Assembly: GCA_965243205.1 (NCBI GenBank)
Contig: CBDEUK010000001.1
Coordinates: forward strand, 192,001-256,000
DNA from: Gammaproteobacteria bacterium
Lineage (GTDB): Bacteria; Pseudomonadota; Gammaproteobacteria; Eutrophobiales; Eutrophobiaceae
Direction: 5' to 3'
DNA: 64,000 bases
Shown here: positions 11,401-18,537 of the stretch, in pieces
How the letters are laid out: every line of letters starts with the position of its first letter
Numbering within the stretch: position 1 is the stretch's first letter
Notes under the pieces: generated by a model
The model's input: only the letters and a program-made list of their open reading frames with translations
Database searches by the model: none
What the model was told of the DNA's origin: nothing
Position numbers and translations under genes: made by a program

Positions 11401-11608
11401 GTTCTTCAATCGGAGCAGCTATGGTTTCTGCAAGTACTTTAGGATTGGCGCCAGGAAAAGAAGCACGCACCATGATAGATGGCGGGACAACTTCAGGATA
11501 CTCTGAAACAGGCAAATTAAAGATCGATATTAATCCTGCTAAAAAAATTAATATCGATAAAACACCAGCGAAGATCGGTCGATCAATAAAAAAACCAGAA
11601 ATATTCAT
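8429..11608 (-). CDS. RND multidrug efflux permease (HAE1; MexF/OqxB-like)
   Basis: FFIDRPIFAGVLS, GIVVDDAIIVVEN, KNAILIVEFA, RLRPILMTS. Confidence 0.95.
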   Translation of the reverse strand: MNISGFFIDRPIFAGVLSILIFLAGLISIFNLPVSEYPEVVPPSIMVRASFPGANPKVLAETIAAPIEEQINGVENMLYMSSQSTADGLTTITVTFEIGTDPNLALTLVRNRVEQAAPRLPDITRQLGVTTVKSSSDLTMVVHLKSPNDRYDMLYLRNYGVLNVKDELARIEGIGEVLLFGAGDYAMRVWLNPEKIAELGLTANQIIQSVQEQNISASAGVIGGPPYDAQIETQLPINIKGRFESPEEFEEIIIKAGDNGEITQLKDVARIEMGASEYALRSLLDNQNAVAIPIFKSSDANALQISHDVRKRMEELKQNFPEGIDYSIVYDPTVFVKESIESVVHTLLEAVGLVVLVVIVFLQTWRASIIPLMAVPVSIVGTFSIMLLMGFSINVLSLFGLILAIGIVVDDAIIVVENVQRNISDGLSPRDASFQAMREVTGPIIATTLVLVAVFVPIAFISGLTGQFYRQFALTIAISTVISSINSLTLSPALSRLLLRPKEETNDWLTILMNALIGWFFKIFNWVYKGCAAVYSFIVKHIVHHKFVAILIYCSLMFVTYQLFTSIPAGFIPMQDKQYLIGFTQLPDGATLERTESVVREISEIAMEEPGIRNAVGFPGLSIAGFINSSSAGTVFFPLTDFHERTDPSLSGFAIAGKLQQKFMQIDDAFVAVFPPPAVLGLGTVGGFKLQIEDRTDQGYEALNAVLGQVMGKAYQTPELTSVFSSFKINVPQLYADLDRVRAKQLGLNINDIFSTMQVYLGSLYINDFNQFGRTYRVIAQADKQFRSKPEDITKLKVANNNGEMVPLGAVLKVYESYGPENAQRYNGYRAADLNGSPAPGYSSGQAQAAIVKILEETLPPGMDYEWTELTYQQILAGNSAIYIFPLCIFLVFLVLAAQYESLTLPLAIILIVPMSTLSALVGVWLTNQGMVIGLVSMLGVWLTPGNINIFTQISLFVLAGLATKNAILIVEFARELEQKGRGIVEAAVEASQLRLRPILMTSIAFIMGVLPMAISTGAGAEMRNTMGIAVFSGMIGVTIFGLLLTPVFYILIRKLVKR

Positions 11609-11617
11609 AAAATGATC

Positions 11618-12787
11618 TTATTTAGAATTTACAACGGTCGGTTCAACTGCCATACCAGGCCTGACCATTTGAATATTATTAATGACGACTTTTGTACCTT
11701 CAGCTAAATCCGTTTCAATAATGCGTTTACCCGCAATACGATTGCCGATTTTAACCTCTTGATATTGGATCTGATTTTTATCGTCTAAGGTATAAATAAA
11801 TTTTTTATCTTGGTCAGTACCAATAGCGCGTTCGGTTACTAAAATCATATTGTTTTTATTCACCGTACCAATGCGTATTTTAACAAACATCCCTGGTAAC
11901 AAAATTCCGTCATTATTTTGTAAAATAGCCCGCGCACGAATTGTTCCTGTTGATGAATTAATTTGATTATCAAATGAATGAATGTGACCTTCATAAGTAA
12001 CACTGTTATCACTCGCTAACGTCATTTCAACGGGCATGCTTTTTTCTTCAGCGGATTGTCTTGAAAGATTAATGTAAGTTTGCTCATCGACATCAAACTC
12101 TGCATACAATGTATCCGTTGCAACGATCATTGTTAGTACAGGTGCTCCCATCATCGTTTCAATTAAATTACCTTCGGTAAATTCAGCACGACTGATGCGA
12201 CCATTAATAGGTGAATGAATATTCGCATATTCAATATCCAACTCAGCCCTCTGTAATTGAGCTTTACTGGTTTGGATATTCGCCAAAGCCACTTGATAAT
12301 CATTTTTGGCATTATCCAAATCGCGTTTCGGAACTACCTTATCTTTATAAAGGTTTTCAATACGCGCCAATTCGGTTTTGGCTAAATTCGCTTGTGAATT
12401 AGCCGATGCTAATTGGCCTTTAATCCGCGCTACTTCAGCTTTGAAAGGCCGAGAATCAATTTCGAATAATAAGTCACCTTTATTCACGATATCGCCATCT
12501 TCGAAATAAATTTTGGTTAGCTCTCCTGTGACCCGAGGTTTGATTTCAACGCTATCGACCGCAGCCAATCTACCAGAAAATTCATTCCATAAACGCATGG
12601 GTTCAGCATGAATTTCAATGACATTCACTGGCATCTTAGGCGGCTGATTTTGCTGAGGATTTTCAGCTTTTTCATCATCAGCGATTGCTAAATTTACCGG
12701 AAAAATAATGCTCAAAAAGAACAGAGGAATTGCAGGAAATATTTTTTTCATTTTAGTATAAAAACAGACGACATTGCTGTGCAGCAT
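11618..12787 (-). CDS. RND efflux periplasmic adaptor (membrane fusion protein)
   Basis: EIKPRVTG, SPINGRISRA, TGTIRARA, LLPGMFV; directly upstream of the RND permease. Confidence 0.93.
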   Translation of the reverse strand: MLHSNVVCFYTKMKKIFPAIPLFFLSIIFPVNLAIADDEKAENPQQNQPPKMPVNVIEIHAEPMRLWNEFSGRLAAVDSVEIKPRVTGELTKIYFEDGDIVNKGDLLFEIDSRPFKAEVARIKGQLASANSQANLAKTELARIENLYKDKVVPKRDLDNAKNDYQVALANIQTSKAQLQRAELDIEYANIHSPINGRISRAEFTEGNLIETMMGAPVLTMIVATDTLYAEFDVDEQTYINLSRQSAEEKSMPVEMTLASDNSVTYEGHIHSFDNQINSSTGTIRARAILQNNDGILLPGMFVKIRIGTVNKNNMILVTERAIGTDQDKKFIYTLDDKNQIQYQEVKIGNRIAGKRIIETDLAEGTKVVINNIQMVRPGMAVEPTVVNSK

Positions 12788-12883
12788 AACAGTTTCTCAG
12801 CCCCCACTCCACCAAGAAAAATGATTTTTTATGACATAAAATAATGGTTTAATAATGCAGAAATCACACTATGGAGTCTTTGA

Positions 12884-14349
12884 ATGGAACCCATCCTATT
12901 GGTTCATGGATATAGCTCAGAAGGCAAGGGAAAATCGGCTAAACAGATCTATGGAAACCTTCCCAAACTGCTTAAAGAGGAACTTAAAACGGATAAAATT
13001 GAAGAGCTGGATTTAAGCCGTTGGATTTCATTAGAAGATGGTATCAGCATTAACGATATTAGCTTCGCAATGGATCGTGCACTAAAACAAGAATACCCAC
13101 ATTTATTGGAATCAGGCTTTCACATCATCATTCATAGCACTGGGGCATTGATCGTTCGTAATTGGATTAAGGAATTTAGCCCTAAACCTTCGCCAATTAA
13201 AAATCTCATCCACTTAGCAGGAGCAAATTTTGGGAGTGGCCTAGCACATATAGGTAAAGGTCAATTGGCTCGCTGGGGTCGATTTATTTTTATGGGGACT
13301 GAACCAGGCATACAAGTGTTAAACGAATTGAATTTGGCTCTTGGAAAACCATTGATTTGCATAAACACTTTTTACAAGTTGGCACTCGCATGTATGAAGA
13401 TTATCAAGTGCAAGAGTTTTGTATGATCGGCTCGCAAATCTATTCTGGTTTATTAAAGAATGTTTTAGAAATCATCCCTATTCGTTATGTCAAAGAAGAT
13501 TCTTCCGATAATACGGTACGTACCAGCTCATGTAATTTAAATTTTAATTACATTCCAGTTACGCCAACCCCATTGGCCTTTAATTTATCTGCTAATCAAA
13601 TTAAAAACCGTTTAGCCAAACGTGAAGAAGCGGAAGCGATTTACGATCCTTACTATGAATATTCATTAGATAACTTATGCACGACCAGACCTGAAGTACC
13701 ATTTGCGATATTACATAAGACAGCGCATTTTGGAGATGACATAGGCATTGTTGATGGTGAAAAAAATCGCCGCAGAGTGATACCACATATCAAAGCGGCA
13801 TTAAAAACACCGTATAAGTTAGAAGCCTATAAAAAAACATGCGAACGATTTCATACTGTCACTGAAAAAACGCTCAATCGAGTAAAAGAATCTAAACGCA
13901 GCATCCTTTCTGGTTGGAACAAACAACGTCAATACGAAGCACATACCCAATTAATTTTTCGCATTCGTGATCAATTTGGTAACTCAGTGCCTCATCACGA
14001 TATTACATTTCACTCTTACCCAGATAAAAACCAAGAACAATATCGTTTAGAATGGATGATTGAAGATAAACATAATAATAACAAATATCCTGGTACTCTC
14101 ACCTTCTACTTACGCACAGTACAATTTAAGAACAAACGTTGGAATGATAAAATTTGTAACATCGCTCCAATTGACTTTGAAATCACAGCCTATGAACCTG
14201 ATTCAAACGAAATTTCATATGTGCCATTGAATATCGGTTTAAGCTCGGAAGATATCTGCCATATTTTACAAAACTTTCGTACAACAATTATTGATATCAC
14301 CCTGGTACGTTTACCATCAGATCAAGTCTTTAAAATTGAAAAACATTAA
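12884..14349 (+). pseudogene. alpha/beta-hydrolase (lipase/phospholipase-like) split by a one-base frameshift near 13328-13330
   Basis: VHGYS and IIHSTGAL nucleophile elbow in ORF1; the second frame is open from GAA at 13330 (EFGSWKTIDLHKHF); joined product about 488 aa. Confidence 0.7.
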
Positions 14350-14370
14350 ATATTTAATTGGAGAAGCTTT

Positions 14371-14766
14371 ATGAAATTTTTACTCACTACTTTCTTAACA
14401 TTATTTACAACTTTATGCATCGCTGGTCCAGGTATGAGCGAAGAACAAATGCAACAAATGATGCAACAAGCTCAAGCCGCGCAAGCCTGTTTTGAAAAAA
14501 TTGATCAATCCAAATTCAAAGAGCTAGAAACCAAAGGCAAACAAATGGAATCAGAAATCAAAGCGCTTTGTACTGCAGGCAAACGTGATGAAGCTGAAAA
14601 AACCGCAATCAAATATGGCATGGAAATGAATAACGATCCTGCTTTACAAGAAATGAAAAAATGTGGAGAGATGATGCAAGGTATGATGGGCCAGATGGAA
14701 TCGTTTATGCCTTCAATTCCAGAAGTGAATGAAAACGATGATAGCCATTTATGCGATGACATGTAA
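14371..14766 (+). CDS. exported Met/Gln-rich helical hypothetical protein
   Basis: GGAGA RBS, signal peptide, Cys-containing helical mature part. Confidence 0.7.
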   Translation: MKFLLTTFLTLFTTLCIAGPGMSEEQMQQMMQQAQAAQACFEKIDQSKFKELETKGKQMESEIKALCTAGKRDEAEKTAIKYGMEMNNDPALQEMKKCGEMMQGMMGQMESFMPSIPEVNENDDSHLCDDM

Positions 14767-14852
14767 TTTAACAAATATGATGCGTTATAACAACATATCA
14801 CATTGATGTCTAATTATAGTTAGCTCTCTACATAACCATGGAAAATTAATCA

Positions 14853-15902
14853 ATGGATAAGAAATTCCAAATCTTTATTAGCTCTACATACGAAGATCTA
14901 AAGGATGAGAGAGACCAAGCTATTAAAGCCGTTCTCGAGATGGGCCACATACCTGTTGGGATGGAAATGTTCAGCGCAGCTGATGAAGAACAATGGCAGT
15001 TAATTTCCAGGCAGATTAAAGAAACTGATTATTATATCGTAATTATCGGCCACCGCTACGGCTCCGAGACTGATGAAGGAATCAGCTACACTGAAAAGGA
15101 ATATGACTACGCTGTAACTTTGGGCGTTCCTACTTTGGGTTTTATTATTGACGATGAGGCTTCGTGGCCTAAAAAGTTCATCGACGGCTCTCAGAAAAAA
15201 AAGAGAAAACTGGAACAGTTTAAAGAAAAGGTCAAAGGCAAACTGGTGCAATTCTGGTTTTCTAAAGATGATCTGCATGGAAAGGTTTCTATATCTTTAG
15301 TTAAAGCAATGAATACAAACCCAAGAATTGGTTGGACCCGAGCAAGTGAAGCGATAGGAAACGAAGTCACAAAGGAGTTGACACGTTTAAGCCATGAAAA
15401 CTCTTCTTTACGGGAAGAACTACAAATTTTGAAAAATAAACAGGAAGAGCAGTCAGATGCCGCTCGAGAAGTCGTGAATATTATGAGCGCTAATGTTCGA
15501 AATATTAGGTGCAGAGAGACATCTAGTTGGGATGATGCAGAATTCTACGACACAGATTTGCTAATAGTTTTTCTGTCAATTGCACCAAATCTATTAAACG
15601 AAAACACGTCAGAAGAAATTGGTAAAAATATTGCGTTAAAACTCGTGGGTACTGGGTATTATAACTACTATCCAATTGGGAAAAATATTGTCGAGTCACT
15701 CTTGGCGGACTTTGTTGCTCTAGATGTTATTGAGCCATCAAGTAAAAAGCATTCCGTTCATGATAAAGATAATTATTGGAGTCTTACTAAGTTAGGTAAA
15801 CAAGTATTGCGGCGAGCTAGAAGGATTCAACTTGAAGAAGGGCTAAGTTCTCCCACGATTGATGATAACCATGAGGGAGAAAGAGAAAGTGACGAGAGCT
15901 AA
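14853..15902 (+). CDS. DUF4062 domain protein with coiled coil and C-terminal domain (cassette 1)
   Basis: QIFISSTYEDLKDER...PVGME...GHRYGS...SYTEKEYDYA pattern typical of DUF4062. Confidence 0.85.
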   Translation: MDKKFQIFISSTYEDLKDERDQAIKAVLEMGHIPVGMEMFSAADEEQWQLISRQIKETDYYIVIIGHRYGSETDEGISYTEKEYDYAVTLGVPTLGFIIDDEASWPKKFIDGSQKKKRKLEQFKEKVKGKLVQFWFSKDDLHGKVSISLVKAMNTNPRIGWTRASEAIGNEVTKELTRLSHENSSLREELQILKNKQEEQSDAAREVVNIMSANVRNIRCRETSSWDDAEFYDTDLLIVFLSIAPNLLNENTSEEIGKNIALKLVGTGYYNYYPIGKNIVESLLADFVALDVIEPSSKKHSVHDKDNYWSLTKLGKQVLRRARRIQLEEGLSSPTIDDNHEGERESDES

Positions 15903-15944
15903 CAAGCGCATGCAGAATTGTGCTACTGATGCTAAGCGTTATGT
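15897..15944 (+). repeat. short attC site (48 bp)
   Basis: R'' AGCTAAC; L'' GCATGCAG pairs with L' CTGATGC leaving one extrahelical base; 10-nt loop; R' GTTATGT. Confidence 0.8.
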
Positions 15945-15960
15945 TTATTAGGAGAATGTA

Positions 15961-16263
15961 ATGTGGGAATTTGTTACAGCAGTGATAGTTGCAGCTTTAA
16001 CAGGCTATATCACATTTCGGGTTCAAGAAGAACGATTAAAAAAAGAACTTAAAACAGAATTCATGGCTGAGAAAGTCGCTAAAGATTTACTAAGTAATAA
16101 ACAATGGGAACAACGATCATTTGAAACCATTCAAAAACGTTTGGGTGGTTTCAAAGAAGATGAGTTAAGAAAAATACTTGTTAGAGCAGGAGCGGTTCGT
16201 TTTGAAGGCGATAATGGAGAGGAACTTTGGGGGCTAATAAGTAGAAATGAATCCAAATTATAA
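15961..16263 (+). CDS. hypothetical protein with N-terminal TM anchor (cassette 2)
   Basis: AGGAG RBS, hydrophobic N-terminus, bounded by attC ends. Confidence 0.75.
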   Translation: MWEFVTAVIVAALTGYITFRVQEERLKKELKTEFMAEKVAKDLLSNKQWEQRSFETIQKRLGGFKEDELRKILVRAGAVRFEGDNGEELWGLISRNESKL

Positions 16264-16266
16264 TAA

Positions 16267-16298
16267 ACATAACAAATCATTCCAGCCAACCGTTAGAA
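16267..16298 (+). repeat. truncated attC site (32 bp)
   Basis: ACATAAC-AAATC-ATTCCAG-CCAACC-GTTAGAA; left arm kept, L' arm missing. Confidence 0.75.
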
Positions 16299-16306
16299 GG
16301 TATTCA

Positions 16307-16753
16307 ATGAAAATAATTTTCTTAATCTTAATTACTTTGTTTGTTTTTGGATGTAACAGCAAGACTGTGAAAGTGCTTCCCCAAAAGGATCTAAGTGGGT
16401 GTCATGGTCTAGGTATTGTCGCAGAAGACATCGCTCAAATTAGAGAGAAGAATGTTTCTCCAGAAAATACTTTTAATCAATATATTATAGATAATCCAGA
16501 TACACCTAAAAGTTTACATCCACATATAGCTGTAATAGCACAAACGGTTTTTGATTACCCGAATCTTAAACCCGAGACCTTTTTGCATACTTTCAATTAT
16601 ACATGCCTAGCTTCTCGAAACGGTGTGTCTATGAAAATTGCTCGCCCTTATCTACTTAAGAATAGCCAAAATTGTCAAGACAATGTTCAACGTCCATCCA
16701 TGGTAAGTGGTTGTATTCAACATGCATATAATGAATTATTACGAAGCAAATAA
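16307..16753 (+). CDS. putative lipoprotein (cassette 3)
   Basis: MKIIFLILITLFVFGC lipobox at ATG 16307; the longer called start reads through the attC remnant. Confidence 0.7.
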   Translation: MKIIFLILITLFVFGCNSKTVKVLPQKDLSGCHGLGIVAEDIAQIREKNVSPENTFNQYIIDNPDTPKSLHPHIAVIAQTVFDYPNLKPETFLHTFNYTCLASRNGVSMKIARPYLLKNSQNCQDNVQRPSMVSGCIQHAYNELLRSK

Positions 16754-16755
16754 TC

Positions 16756-16769
16756 TTCTAACGTTATAA
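16756..16769 (+). repeat. attC reduced to abutting R'' and R' cores (14 bp)
   Basis: TTCTAAC|GTTATAA; each half matches the opposite end of its own cassette. Confidence 0.7.
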
Positions 16770-16782
16770 CCCTGAGTAAAAT

Positions 16783-17193
16783 ATGCCAAAAATTGAAACA
16801 CAAGGACTATCACAAGACTATAAAACTGCTACAGGGTTATATGAGCCTATTGAACGTGGCGATGTTTCGAAGCCAGAATTACTTAAAATTCTTCAACATT
16901 TATCTACGTTATCCACACCCGTAGGGGAAGATGATTGCCCACCAACTGTCAACACTATCCTTTCTGGTGACATATATTCTTGTTTCTTTGGTGATTCCGG
17001 CTTCATTAGGTGCACTGATTCTCAACATGAAGAAATGACTGCAGATGAAGCACTAAAGATAATGTGTGGAGAGATGAGCTTAGAAGAATTTGATCTCTCA
17101 AAAGGTCATGAACCAAGGAAAAATAAAACAATTCTAATTTTATTTTTTGTTATTGCCGTAATTATTCTTGGTGTTATAACTTTTGTTTTATAA
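16783..17193 (+). CDS. hypothetical protein with C-terminal TM anchor (cassette 4)
   Basis: 136-aa ORF whose TAA stop lies inside R'' TTATAAC. Confidence 0.7.
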   Translation: MPKIETQGLSQDYKTATGLYEPIERGDVSKPELLKILQHLSTLSTPVGEDDCPPTVNTILSGDIYSCFFGDSGFIRCTDSQHEEMTADEALKIMCGEMSLEEFDLSKGHEPRKNKTILILFFVIAVIILGVITFVL

Positions 17194-17219
17194 CAAGCTA
17201 TGCCAGCCGGCCGTTAGAG
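17188..17219 (+). repeat. truncated attC site (32 bp)
   Basis: TTATAAC-AAGCT-ATGCCAG-CCGGCC-GTTAGAG; same architecture as 16267-16298. Confidence 0.75.
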
Positions 17220-17226
17220 CTAACAT

Positions 17227-17574
17227 ATGAACAAAGAAGTACTTGAATACATAAATAACATACCGGCTGAGCGTACTGAACGTTTTTTATCAATTCACGA
17301 AGCTATTATTTCTGTATTCCCAAATATCGAAATTAATATGCTATATAAAATGCCAACTTATCGATACAAAGAAGGTTGGATAGCTCTCGCAAATCAAAAA
17401 AGCTATATTTCATTCTATACATGCAGTGCAGAACATATTGAACCATTTAAAGAAAAATACCCTAATATAAAAACCGGTAAAGGCTGCATCAACTTTAGGA
17501 ATAACGATAAGATACCAATAACAGAACTTAAAAAAGTTATTAAGCATGCTATTGATAAACCTAAATCGCATTAG
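17227..17574 (+). CDS. DUF1801 (YdhG-like) protein (probable cassette 5)
   Basis: YKMPTY, ANQKSYISFY, KTGKGCINF pattern. Confidence 0.8.
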   Translation: MNKEVLEYINNIPAERTERFLSIHEAIISVFPNIEINMLYKMPTYRYKEGWIALANQKSYISFYTCSAEHIEPFKEKYPNIKTGKGCINFRNNDKIPITELKKVIKHAIDKPKSH

Positions 17575-17615
17575 CCCTAATCAACCTTTAAAATATCATT
17601 GTTGGAGAATTAGTT

Positions 17616-18026
17616 ATGAAAGCTAGTGGAAAATGTCTATGTGGTTCCATTGAACTGGAAGTTGAAGTTTCAAATACTGAGACGGGTGCTTGTCATTGCA
17701 ATATGTGTAGAACATGGTCTGGTGGTCCGATGTTGGCTATTGACTGTGGTGATTCATTGAAAATTTCTGATGAATCATCAGTAAAACGATATCAATCGTC
17801 AGAATGGGCAGAACGAGGATTTTGTGAAACCTGCGGCACACATCTTTTTTATTATTTAAAACCCAATAATCAATATCACCTTCCTACTGGTTTATTGGAT
17901 ATTGAATCAAGTTACCATTTCAGCCATCAAATTTTCATTGATGAAAAACCTGATTATTACAGCTTTTCAAATGAAACTCAGAATATGACAGGCGCTGAAG
18001 TATTCGCACATTTTGGAATGGAATAA
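17616..18026 (+). CDS. GFA / CENP-V family zinc-binding protein
   Basis: GKCLCG, CHCNMCR, RGFCETCGTHL. Confidence 0.9.
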   Translation: MKASGKCLCGSIELEVEVSNTETGACHCNMCRTWSGGPMLAIDCGDSLKISDESSVKRYQSSEWAERGFCETCGTHLFYYLKPNNQYHLPTGLLDIESSYHFSHQIFIDEKPDYYSFSNETQNMTGAEVFAHFGME

Positions 18027-18044
18027 TTAATAATTTGTTAGTAT

Positions 18045-18464
18045 ATGCGATTCTCTGAAAACCCAGATGTAATAATAAAATTCGAAAACTACCCAAATTT
18101 TATTCGAAAAAAAATGTATTCGTTAAGAGCGCTTGTTATACAAACAGCAAAAGAAATTGAAAGCTTGGATATACTAGAAGAAACTCTTAAATGGGGTGAG
18201 CCAAGTTATATTACAAAAAATGGCAGTACCATTAGAATGGACTGGAAGGATTCAAAGCCAGATCAATATGCAATGTATTTTCACTGCCAAACAAAGCTAA
18301 TTGCTACATTTAAAGAATTATATAAAGAAGAATTTAAATTTGAAGGTAATCGTGCAATAGTATTTAGCAACAAAGATAAAATTTCTAAAAATGAGTTAAA
18401 ACACTGTATATCGATTGCGCTAAATTATCATAAAGTAAAACATTTACCATTGCTCGGTGCGTAA
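18045..18464 (+). CDS. DUF1801 domain protein
   Basis: EETLKWGEPSY, GSTIRMDWK, YFHCQTKL, FEGNRAI. Confidence 0.85.
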   Translation: MRFSENPDVIIKFENYPNFIRKKMYSLRALVIQTAKEIESLDILEETLKWGEPSYITKNGSTIRMDWKDSKPDQYAMYFHCQTKLIATFKELYKEEFKFEGNRAIVFSNKDKISKNELKHCISIALNYHKVKHLPLLGA

Positions 18465-18482
18465 TGAAATACATCTATGTCA

Positions 18483-18514
18483 TTCTAGCTGACCTTTAAA
18501 ACAGTCAGCTAGAA
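18483..18514. terminator. hairpin between convergent genes
   Basis: TTCTAGCTGAC-N10-GTCAGCTAGAA, perfect 11-bp stem. Confidence 0.7.
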
Positions 18515-18537
18515 CAAATTTATTTAATATTAATTCC

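Larger units (their letters stand above)
14766..17600 (+). mobile_element. integron gene-cassette array without integrase (CALIN-like) with collapsed attC sites
   Basis: co-oriented short ORFs each bracketed by GTT... and ...AAC ends that are exact reverse complements (10, 13, 8 and 7 bp); no intI in the window. Confidence 0.8.

Noticed and set aside
16247-16306. N-terminal extension of the cassette-3 ORF
   Set aside because: It is a translation of the attC remnant (HNKSFQPTVR); the lipoprotein signal starts at 16307.
14766-17600. CRISPR interpretation of the repeated intergenic motifs
   Set aside because: The repeats are not identical, the intervening segments are whole genes, and there are no cas genes; no CRISPR array was seen in the window.
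17601-18464. GFA and second DUF1801 genes as further cassettes
   Set aside because: GTT motifs occur upstream (17601, 18037) but I found no complementary AAC end after either stop; unsupported, though they could be fully decayed cassettes.
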